The notes below the pieces were generated by a model, which saw only the letters and a list, made by a program, of their open reading frames with translations, made no database searches and was not told the DNA's origin. The position numbers and the translations under genes are program-made. This document shows positions 53,450 to 64,000 of a stretch of 64,000 nucleotides of DNA, one piece after another. Position 1 is the stretch's first letter. Each line of letters begins with the position of its first letter. This DNA is from Lama glama. Lineage: Eukaryota. The DNA lies in the NCBI GenBank assembly GCA_028534125.1, contig CM052817.1, positions 9,674,001 through 9,738,000 of the forward strand, given 5' to 3'.

Positions 53450-54900
53450 GCGGGGGCAGTGCTGATGCAGGAGGCGGGGACAACTGTAGAAACGACCTGC
53501 CTCAAGCGGAAAGGAAGCCACCGAGGTGACCGGCCCGGGGTCCCCGAAGGCCGGTGGGGTGTGGAGGGGCCCCTCTCCTCTGGGGGCAGAGGCGTGGGGA
53601 GGCCTGGGGCGGGAGGCCGGGCGGGGCCGCGGGGAGCCCGCCCGAGGGCGGCGGGCTGCCAGGCCCCTGGCCAGTAGGACGCCACCGGGAAGGGGCCGCG
53701 CCGCGAGCCCCGAGGGCACGTCCGAAGCCGCCCGCCCGGCGGGGACGCGGGCTCCCGGGGAAGGTGCGGAGGAGCGAGCGCGGCGCTGACAGCTGCGCAG
53801 GCAGCAATTCGCGCGGCGCGGCCCCCGGGGGCTGCGGGCGCGGCGCAGGCCCTGCCGCCCAGGGACCCGGCTCGCTCCTCCCCGCTGTCCGGAGCCAGCG
53901 GCCCCGCACACCGTTACCTTGTCGCAGTAGAGCCCCACCAGCTGCTTCATCCGCCAGTGTGGGGCGGTGAAGACATCCACTTCTTCGGGGAACGGCGCCA
54001 TCGCCACTGCCTCCGCCTCAGCAGCAGCCGCCGCCGCCTCTCCATAGACACCCTCGCCGCGGGGCAGAGGCGGCGCGCCCCCCTGCGCATGCGCCCGCCC
54101 CGTCGGCGCGCGCGCCCGGGCTGCCGGACCAGCCCGGACGCGGGGGCGCGCGAGCCGCCGCCATGCGGTCCCCACGGCCCACGTGACCGGCGCGCGGCAG
54201 AGGTTGCGCTTCCACCTCCCACCTCCAGTTTTCTCGTTCCTCGTCCTCCTCATGCGGCGGAAAAAGAAGCCAGTTCTTTTCCCTGTTTGCTTCCTTGTTA
54301 TGTTTCACAACATAAAACCTTGTCCGCGGGGAGGGGGTGTCGTTTTAGGGGCGCTGTCAGCGTGTCTCTCGCGGCCGCTACGCCAACCAGGCCTTGAAGC
54401 CGAGGCGGCCGAGTACAATGGCCGCGGTCGGGCCGAGAGCGCTGCCTGAGCGCCGCGGGCCGGGCCGCCCTGTTCGCCTGGGCGACTTCGCCGTGGGTCC
54501 CCCCGAGCCGCCCTTCGCCTCCCAGCCATTCTCCGTGCCAGAGGTGGACGCGGGCCCGAGCGCCGACCTCCTCGCCCGCTGGTCAGGCGCCCCGGCGACT
54601 GTGGGAACCAGGACTGGGCGATCCAAGAGCTTGCAACCCGCAGGGAACACGGGGACGCGTGACAGGACCAGACAATGGCGGCCCCCGGGCTCGGGGCGGG
54701 CGCGGAGCCTGGGGCTGAGGGCTGGGCGGGAACCACGCATCTCCTCGCGGGCGGGCGAGGGGGAAGGGCCGCGTGGAATTCTGGAGACTCCAAGGAGGGG
54801 AAGATGGCTCCTGGGGATGGGCAGGCGGGAAAAATGTACCCCAGCACAGGGACGCCGGGTCAGGAGTGTCAGAAAGGCCGTAGGTGCTGGGGAGGAGGAT
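53450..54900. promoter_or_regulatory. FBXL5: CpG island / FBXL5 promoter
   Basis: Very GC- and CpG-rich segment spanning exon 1; NRF1-type TGCGCATGCGC (54084-54094), E-box CACGTG (54180-54185), GC boxes. Confidence 0.92.
53918..54001 (-). CDS. FBXL5: FBXL5 exon 1 coding part, [28 protein letters not shown] (H15 iron ligand)
   Basis: Strong Kozak context GCG-ATG-G at 54001; donor AAG|gtaacg; all 11 exons sum to 691 aa, the known FBXL5 length. Confidence 0.98.
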
Positions 54901-55507
54901 GAATAATCACAGAAAAATAGTGCGGGAAAAGAACCTCGGTACACAACCCTCCATTTTAAGCCGAGCAGACTTAAACAAGGTCACTACCAAGAGAAACGTT
55001 AGTCTGTGTCTTCCTCACAGGTCATTTGGTCCCTGCCCCAGCCTCCAGACACCTAGGAAGATACTGTTATGGGCTCTGATGGTCTGGATCAAGCCTGGAC
55101 TGGTTGGTTGGAGGATTAATGGACACACAGAAATGAGAGAGAACGGGGAAGACTGAGAACCCGGGAAGGGTTATATGATTTGCTTAATAACGATAAACTC
55201 CAGAGGAGCAAAAGCCAGATAGATTCTGTTCACCCCTTATATCCCTAATATCTATCACATTTCCATGAAAACATAGAGGTTCAATAAATTTTCAATCAGT
55301 GACGGAGTAGGAGGTAACAAGAACGCACTGGTTTATTTCTAATGTTACTGTGTGCCATTTATTGGCAGCTGTATGAGCAGTGTTTAAAAGCACAGATTGG
55401 AGACGAAGTTGGACTCCTGGTTTGCCAGACACTACATGTATGATCTCGTGCAAGCTTTGTGACTTCTCTGTGCCTCAGTTTCCTCATACATAAAATGGGG
55501 TTAATAC

Positions 55508-55851
55508 TGCTATGAACTAAGTGCTTGTGTCCCCCCTCAAATTCGTATGTTGAAACCTTACCCCCCCATGTGATCTTATTAGGAGGTTGGCCTTTGGGAG
55601 ATCATTAGGATCATGAGGTCATAAAAGTAAAACCCTAATAATGGATTGGTGCCTTTATAAGAATCCCAAAAAAATGTGCCTCCCTTCTGCTTTTTCCCAT
55701 GTGAGGACATAAGGAGAAATCAACAGTCTGGCCCTCACCATGCTGACACTCTGATCTTGGACTTCTAACCTCTACGACTATGACAAATACATTTCAGCTG
55801 TTTATAAGCCACCCAGTCTATGGTGTTTTGTTTTAAGTCTGAGTGAAGGCC
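55508..55851 (+). mobile_element. MaLR solo LTR (MLT1A-like) inserted in a MIR (~55365-55507 and 55852-55960)
   Basis: 'tgctatgaact...caaattcgtatgttgaaacc...tttataagccacccagtctatggt'; 5-bp TSD AATAC; the MIR core 'gtgcctcagtttcctcat...aaaatgggg|...|ctacctcacaggattgtt' continues across it. Confidence 0.85.
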
Positions 55852-56502
55852 AATACCTACCTCACAGGATTGTTACAAGGATTAAGATAGTTCATACATT
55901 TGGATTATTTATAATAGTACCTAGCACCTAGTGAGTACTGTCTGTAAACTGTCATTATTAAATAACTCTGTGAGGTCGTCCTATAGGAGAATCAAGTCTT
56001 AAAGGCATTCTGGTAATTGCCTGGCATCCCACAAATTAGTGAGTAATCAGGCCATATGAATCTAGGTCTGGTAACACCCTCCCAGGTGCAGTGTTAGTTG
56101 TGTGGGAGTCAGATGATGGTTTACACACAGTCTGCCCTAGAAACAGGAATAATAGTATTCCTGTTAAGTACTAGAATAGAGATAAAATCTTGATATCTGT
56201 CTTTCTCTCTCATCCTCTTTCCCTTTTTCCTTTATTTTTAAACTGCTGTTTCACTGTGGCTTTGCCTCTATAACTTTAAATATCCCCCAGAGGATGTTTC
56301 CTTGTTTCCCCTCTATTTCTTTACTTCATTCTGATCTGCCACTCTAGCTGTCTTGGAATGGCGATCTAGACCTCAGAACCAGCTATACAGAGCAATGAGC
56401 TCCAAGAGAACAGGCACATTGTTTTAGCCTCAGTGGTTGAACAATGCCTATCATACTTAAACTTAGCACTCAATATTTGTTGAAAAAAGAAAGAAGGAAT
56501 AA

Positions 56503-56645
56503 GGGGGGAGGGCATAGCTCAGTGGTAAAATGCATGCTTAGCATGCATGAGGTCCTGGGTTCCATCCCCAGTACCCCCATGAAAATAAGTAAATAAATAA
56601 ACCTAATTACCTCCCCCCAAAGTAAATTTTTTAAGTAAAAAAAAA
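56503..56645 (+). mobile_element. tRNA-Ala-derived camelid SINE (vic-1-like)
   Basis: GGGGGGAGGGCATAGCTCAGTGGTAAAATGCATGCTTAGCATGCATGAGGTCCTGGGTTCCATCCCCAGTACC plus a (TAAA)n tail and 'cctaattacctcccc'; imperfect TSD aaaaaagaaa(t)gaagga. Confidence 0.9.
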
Positions 56646-57935
56646 AAAGAAATGAAGGACATTCGTGGCATTCTGTAATTTCCTCATTTTAACTAACTTT
56701 TAATACACCATGTTTTATTTCCCAATAGCTATTTGTGTCCATGTCGTTCACCAGTGTCCATTAAGTAGATGTTTAACAATAACAGCAACAAAAACTCCAT
56801 CCACACACAGTTTCACTGTGACCAAGAATTTGAAACTGTGTGGTCAGCTGAACAGTAGTAACAGCCACTTTGGACTCTGGCCATTTCAGGGAATTTGAGA
56901 TGACAAAATGATAGGAATAAAGTAATAATAATAAAAAAAAGTCCTGGGGGTCATTCTTCCCTTCAGAAGAAGCTATTAACATTTGCTCCATATACTGAGG
57001 AAGGTAATAATTAATCACCTGATCTATCCAGAATAAATGATTGATTTACATTAAACTTTAGCCCCAGAAAGGCGACACTGAGCAGTGTAGTATCGTTTTT
57101 ATGGGTGACCGCAACTACAGCCGGTGAGGAGCTGTTATCAAGGCCAAGGTTGTCGTTTTAATCGTGCCTTTATGATTTCTTCTGGTATATAACAGCAAAG
57201 GAACTCTGACAGACATCTAGCTGTGGGTAACAAGGAGACTGGTTAAGGCATACGAACAGAACAGTGAAAAATCCACATTGCATAGTGCCTGGTGGGCCGG
57301 CAATTCCTTCTTTCCTGCTCTCATTCTCTGTGAAAAACAGCGTGGTAGCAGGGTAAAAACAAAATGCCAGATCATTCCCTGGGGATCTAAATATATGATG
57401 ACACTAGGCCTCTTTACTGGTATCTCCCAACCCTAGTTTTGAGGGCCGTGGAAAGTGGTATTGGTCAGGGGAAGTCAGTTCCAAGACATTTATATTTAAC
57501 TCTCTTTAGCTGAGTACGTGACAGCACTTCTCCCTGTCATTGTTAGCTGTGAAAGCAAGCAGTGAAAAGATGTTGCTATCCCCAACAGCTGGTGTCCCGG
57601 TCCTGACTCAGTACCAGAGGCTGATCCTTACCATCAGCCAAAACAGCCAATCAGCAAGTGCGGTGGCAGGCTAGGTGGATTTAGGAGTAAAGCTTTTAGC
57701 AGGGATGATGGCCTTATTAAAAGAAAAGATAGCCGCTGAACTGAAATTTGATGCCAGATGCTACATTTTTTTTTCATTTTCCTTTCGGATACTTTATACC
57801 CACATGGACCTAAGAAAATGAAATATATATAGGCCTGCATTTTGCCCCATACTTTTACTTTGTTTCTTTAAATTTAAACAATGAATTCTACTTCTCCATT
57901 GGTTTTTACTATGTAATTATAGATGCGTTGCTGTG

Positions 57936-58321
57936 TGTGTTAGTTTGCTGGGGCTGTCATAACAAAGTATCACAGACGTAAAGAACAAGGTTTCATTTCT
58001 CACAGTTATGGAAGTCCAACACCAAGGTGTCAGCAGATTTGATTTCTTCTAACGCCTCTCTTCTTGGCTTACAGATGGCCACCTTCTTGCAGTGTCCTCA
58101 CATGGCCTTTTCTCCGTGCCTGTGTGTGTCTGGTGTCTATGTCCTAATCTCCTTTTGGGATAAGGACACCAGTAAGACTGTATTAAGGTGCACCCTAACC
58201 ACCTCATTTAACTTAATCACATCTTTAAAGATCCTATCTCCAAATACAGTCACATTCTCATATACTAAGTGTTAGGCCTTCAGTGTATGAATTTGAACAG
58301 AACACAATTCAGGCCATAACA
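57936..58321 (-). mobile_element. MaLR solo LTR (MLT1B-like)
   Basis: 'tgtgttagtttgctggggctgtcataacaaagtatcacagac...cacaattcaggccataaca', the reverse of MLT1 ends. Confidence 0.85.
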
Positions 58322-60718
58322 CTTTGGAAAGAAAAGCTTGTAACAAAAGATACAATAAAATATTTTGCACGCTGGGACAAAATTAATTGGAAACAACTAG
58401 ATGTCCCTCACTAGGCTGCTGGATATTAGATAAATAAATTATAGTACATTCATTCAATGGACAAATATGCATCTGTTAAAAGACGTAAGATAGATCTATG
58501 CTTGCTGATATGGAATGAAACTAACATTTTCCAAGCTAAAAACAAATAATGTAGAGAACACTTGTTAAATATATTCTCCTTTGTGTTAAAAAAAAGAAAG
58601 AAAAGATATAGTGTATGTTTCTAGAATAACACAGCAGAAATTAGTGACCAGGGGTTCTAGGATGGGAAACAGTTAAATGCCTCTTAAATACATATCTTTT
58701 GGCACAGTTCTAGTATTTTACTATGTTCACCTATTGCTCTTACAGTTATAAAAATTTGTTAATGGTAATGCATTTTAAAAGAATTTAGGCAATAACTTTT
58801 AACACTTTAAAAATGCTAAAATGACTGTATAGCAAGTAGCAAGAGTGTTAATTGCAAGTAGAGCCATTTTATGTTTATTCCAAAACTGTATTCTGCCTTG
58901 TGCATCTGCTCTGCCTCTGTGCTCTCTGCTGCACTGCTCTCGGGTCCACATCCGTTTTTCCAATGGGACCAGAAGCATCTTTAAGGGTAGGGACAGTGTT
59001 CTGAATGCCCTTGGGGAAATGGGTATGATATAAAGTTAACCAAAAAAAAAATGGGACCAAAATTGCAGTACAGTATAATCCACACCAAATTTATAAAAAT
59101 GCACAAAAAGGGTTGGGAATAAATGACACAAAGTCTTAGTAAGTCTCCTGTTAGTGACAAAAATTATAGTGATTCCTCCCTTCTTTATATTTTTCTATTC
59201 TTTCCAGTGTTTTGAATGAGCATATTTTACTTTTAATGTCAGAGTACGAAAATGAATATATTACAAACAATCTGATGGCAACTATATTTTATAGCTACAT
59301 TTAAAAGGGGCTAAAAGTAAATATATCAAAATATTGATGGTGGCTGTCTTTTGGTGGTGGGACTGTGGCTGCTTTGGGGGAAAGGGAAGCTACTTTAAAT
59401 TTTAACAAAATTTTTTCCTAAATTTTGCATTTGAAAAATAAAGTTAGGCTTTTTTTTTTTTAAGATTTCAGTTTAATCAACAGCAGCCGCTATTAGAGCC
59501 ATAATTCCAGAGCTATGTCCAGTCTCTCAGAAGCCCCACCCCACTGCACAGTTATATAATGAGAGTCCTAGGTGCTTCCTGTACCTGTACCTAGAGACCT
59601 TTGCCCTCGTCTCCTGCCACGTGGTCCCATCCTTCTGACGTGGGGCTTTCCCACCTTGTCCCTAGGAAGCCTCCAGTGAGTTCTCGCTGGGTTTCATTCC
59701 TTACACACCAAGCCCCTATGGCACTTCCTGCACGACACACACACAGGAACCTCTTCACCTCGGCGAGGCCTCTCTAGCCAGCCAACAGTGTGGCCAGATC
59801 TTTTTAAAGTCTAAATAATTGCTAGGAAGTTGGGAGGGGTTCTGCCACACCTATTCAGTGGCCCTTTGTGCTCACAGTGAATCTCAGTGTCTATTCTCAG
59901 AACTTCAAGTTTGCATTTTTGGAGCACATTCCTGACTTAGAGATTAAGGCATCAGGTTGGAACACAGATACTACTTACTGTGCCATTTTTTTCAAGGTGT
60001 GGAGCTCTCTCCCCTAAAGGTGGTGATTCATTGATGCCTCATGCATAAGATAAAGAAATGCTTGGACTTGTGTGTAGGATAACAGAAGAGCTGATAAGAG
60101 AAAGAGGCATAAAACAAAAAGGGACAGATATGACAGAAATAAAAAGACAAGGAACAGCAGAGTCGGGGAACGATTAAAGGAAAGGAAAAAGACACAGGTA
60201 GAAGTAGACAGAAGAAAACAATAATTAAGATGTGTTGATGTCTTACCAGGCTTGACATGAGTTATGTGTAATCCTCATAACAACTACATGTGGGAGGTTT
60301 TACTATTCTTCCTACCTGATGGGAAAAGAAAAATAATGTTTAGAATTATTGACTTGCCCAAGATCACAAAGCTAGTCAGTGGAAAATCAGGGATATAAAT
60401 CTGTCTTCCTCATCCTAGAACATGTACTTAACCTTACATTAAAAGACGGTTCTCTGTCATCAGTTTATCTCAGCAAACTAAATGCATAATATGTGTTATT
60501 AACCTCTGAAAAGGAGCCAGAGGTGACAAAGAAGAGTGTAGGCTATACCACAAACTACGTAAGTGTCCAAATAGAGAGTAGTTCAGTCCCCTAGATTACC
60601 TTTTGAAAAGAAGTAGTTTAGATAATGCTAAGACCACAATTTGCACCATTAGAAATATGGAGCTATGATGTGCATAGTGGTCCATGTTTTGTGGGAGCCC
60701 ATGATTGGGTTAACAAAT

Positions 60719-61475
60719 TGTAACAGACCCCAGCCGCTTGTCTCCTTAAAGAAGAGCAAATGTGCTTAGTAACTGCCTTGCTTGCATAGTTGAGGTTTTA
60801 GATAGCACTCTGCTTGTAACAAAGCAACAACCCAGGCCCTCGGCTATAAACGCTGGGTGTGCCTGCTGTTAGATAGTCTTCTATCCCCAAAACAAGGAAC
60901 TGGCTGGTCTGGTGGTCTGCTTTAACATAGCTATAAGAATGTATCTTGTTCCCTTCTTCCCATGACTTCCCGAGGGATAAACTGTAGGCCCCCAAAGGAG
61001 TCTTGGGCTGGAATGGTAAACAAGTTATAAAAAGCTGCAAACTCAGAGGTGAGAAGGCTGGTTAGCCCATGATGGGTAAGATCCCCAGAGGGGGGCAACC
61101 TAAGACAGGCACAGCTGCCTGAGTCCAACAAAAATGTTGTTAAGCAGCTGCTTCTCATACATTCCGCCCTGATAAGCTGTAAGGCTCACTGGTGCCAACA
61201 GGAACATGATTTACCAAAACATAAAGGGTCTTCTGATCTTGAGCCAGACTCTACAATCTCAATCCTACCCTGTCTTTCCCTAAATTCTTGCATTCCATCA
61301 CACAACTGTTAGTGATTTCTCCTTTGATTGTACACAGTAAATGAGGGAGCATTTGAGAGGTTCGTGAAGTTGGCTCCCAACTCCCTCTCGCTCTCTTGAC
61401 TTTTCCCACGGAGTCTCGAGTAATTCATTCCATCTCGGTGGGACTTCTGCCGGCCAGAACCCACAACTGGTGACA
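60719..61475 (+). mobile_element. Probable ERVL-type solo LTR (LTR41-like)
   Basis: TG...CA bounded ~750-bp segment ('tgtaacagacccc'...'gaacccacaactggtgaca') with TATA-like motifs and AGTAAA; family assigned from memory, no clear TSD. Confidence 0.5.
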
Positions 61476-64000
61476 AACCCACAATGTTTCTTTGCAAAAA
61501 TTTCAGACAGGTAAGAGCCTTCCATTTCCTAAACATACCTGTGCATCACTTACCTGTTCTTAGTAAATACTGCCAAGTCAACACCAACTCCAGTCAAAGG
61601 CTCTATTATGAGCTGACTTGCAGGATGTGCAGTATATATGGCCTGAAGGAAAGATGGTGACTACAATCACGGACAACTTGACTAAGCTGTTTGCAACAAG
61701 TAGCGAGGGAAAGTATCACACGGTTTCTGGAATGGGAAGGAACGATAAACTTCCTGTAAACTGTCGCGTTTACATTCATCATAATGATGAAATCTGGCAA
61801 GTGATTGCTTAATCTGTGCCTACAGAGAGGGGAAAAAGTATTTAGGGAAGTATCAGCTGTGTTTCCTTCCTACTCCTGACATTAAAAAAAAAAACTCATA
61901 AACCCATGGATACACAGTACAAAAAAGTATCCCCAGGTACATAAGGCAACTCCCAGGAATTTTTTAAATGCTAAGAGATATGTAGGCAGAAAGAAACAAG
62001 ACTGTCATTTAAACTTCTGATTCCCATTAATTGACTAATTAGTCAAAATTAATTGTCCCATTAATTGACTAAAGCTGGGTTTGTGGGGAACAACTTGGTT
62101 AATATATAAAACATTGACCTGAGTTCTAATTCCATGTCTGCCGCTATCTACCAATGTGTGGGACCTTGGGCAAGTTACTTGCCCTTTCTGGGACTTCAGT
62201 TTTCTCATCTGTGCAGATGTGAGTGTTAAGGGGTGATAAATAACACATATTAATTATCTATAACACACATAGAAAGGACTCTCCCAGGCAAGTGCTTCTC
62301 TGTTATGGGAAATCAGTCAGCAACAACCCAGTTCAAGAGTTAACTGACCTTCAGCCAATCATTATTTTCTTTGTTTAACTAGTCTTACTGTGATTCTTTC
62401 CACTCATTTTTCCTAAAATGCCCCTACCAGAATGATTCTGTGAATTACTATAGATTTTTCCCCTTATGTGCAAGATTGTAATGAAACATTGGCATATGCT
62501 TGTAATTGAACTGTTTGAAAAGTATTCCCTAACAGAAGAGAGACAGTAAGTCAAAGTGGGTAGGAGTGTGGACCCAGTTTCCTCATCTATCGTATAGGAT
62601 AGTGAGTCTCTCCCTACCAGGATAGCCTGAGAATTACATGCTGTATAGAACTTCGTAGAGAGCCTGGCAGAGGAAACACTAAATATTAGCTGCTACTTTT
62701 ACCTATAAAGTGAAGAGGTTGGACAAGGTGCTCTCCTTGGTCTCCTCCAGTTCTCAGTTTCTGGGACCCTAGATATAGCACCTTGAAAGATGTTTCTTTA
62801 GGTTAATTCTACAAATTAATTTAACTGAAGAAAGGAAGGACTCAGAGTTAGACTTGGCTGTTAAATGACAGAAAACACAAAACGACAGTGGCTGAAACAA
62901 GATAAAAATTTTTTTTCTCTGTCTCATGGTATTAGTTATCTATTGCTGCATAACAAATTACCCCAAAACTTCCTGGCTTAAGATGACACCAATTGTTTCA
63001 CAGTTTCTGAGGATCGACAATTCCAGAGTGGCTTAGCTGGGTCATTCTAGCTCAGCTTCTTTGCAGTTAAGCTGGCAGTTAAGCTGGTAGTCTAGCCACA
63101 TAAAATAAAATAGAAGTCACAATGACTCTGCAAGGTTAACAATGAATACATAAGAGATGGCTGTGAAATATTTACCAACTGTAAATGTCCAACTTGAGTC
63201 AGCTTTAGGATGGGTCAAAATAAAAGGAATGCTATTATTCATGAAGAATTACAGATTTACACATGTTTAATTTTGCCTGTCTCAATATAAACATTCTTGA
63301 GAAATCTCTCTCTCTCTTTTTTTTTTTTACATACAGCATAATACTTCTATGATCTTCCTCTCCAAATATAAGGGTGAATTATGCATTGATGATAGCTATC
63401 AGCCATCAAAAGACTAACTGTATACCAAGTGCCACATTATCTGACAACATAATGAAGTATGTTCTGTCAACCCAAGTTGACAGATGAGGGAACCAAAGCT
63501 CAGAGAAGCACAAGTAAGATTTGAAGTCAGATCTCTCATTTTCACTGCACTGCCATGCACTTTCTGGCTTGTACAGCATTGCACTTCACTTTCTGTCAAA
63601 CACAAGTCCTGCCATATAGCCTTGCTGAACTCTTCATTGGTGAAAAGGGGTGCAGAAAGTCTGCGATAATATAGGGCAGAACAGGAGGCAGACCCACACT
63701 GCTTCAAGGTTCATTGCTAGGTGCTGGCAAGCTTTCAGCTAGATTAATGATAGAAGATCTGAAATAATAATTAAGAGCCAATAAACTGCATGGTACTGAC
63801 AATGCAAGTAGAATAAGACTTCAACCTGAGAGCTCAGATGCCAAGGGTACCTGAACTTGACCATCCCTTACAGTGTTCCTCAAAATATGGTTTTCTGGAA
63901 ACTGATTAGAATCTTAACAAGTCCTTTAAAAGGTTTTATTTCTGAGACTCATTTTAGAAATTCGATTCAGTACATTTGGGGCAAGGTCTCAGACTCTACA

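Noticed and set aside
53080..55156. Many long overlapping ORFs (up to 317 aa) on both strands
   Set aside because: Expected from stop-codon scarcity in a CpG island; the products are low-complexity Arg/Pro/Gly/Ala. Only the 84-nt FBXL5 exon 1 is supported as coding.
55200..64000. A neighbouring gene upstream of FBXL5 (e.g. FAM200B in human synteny)
   Set aside because: No long ORF or recognisable exon; the region is mostly MIR, MLT1, LTR and MER5-like fragments.

Overview
Mammalian genomic DNA, very likely camelid, judged from three tRNA-Ala(AGC)-derived vic-1-type SINEs. The window holds the last four coding exons and poly(A) signal of CC2D2A (+ strand, 304-4280). Convergently, it holds the complete 11-exon FBXL5 gene (- strand, CDS 54001->14228). 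The FBXL5 exon lengths sum to 2076 nt (691 aa plus stop) with consistent phases and GT-AG introns, and the gene starts in a CpG island (~53450-54900). The rest is mostly transposable-element sequence: L1s, a full-length Tigger1 and a Tigger1 MITE, a MER2-like MITE, MaLR/ERV LTRs, MER20/MER58 and MIRs. I found no unambiguous new biological system. The best leads are regulatory hypotheses for the iron/oxygen sensor FBXL5. (1) An overlapping upstream ORF stops in an AUGA overlap with the Met18 codon. (2) Inverted Tigger1-family elements flank exon 10, and skipping that exon would give an NMD-escaping 620-aa protein without the [2Fe-2S] cysteines. Repeat family names come from remembered consensus sequences and their boundaries are approximate unless a TSD is given.
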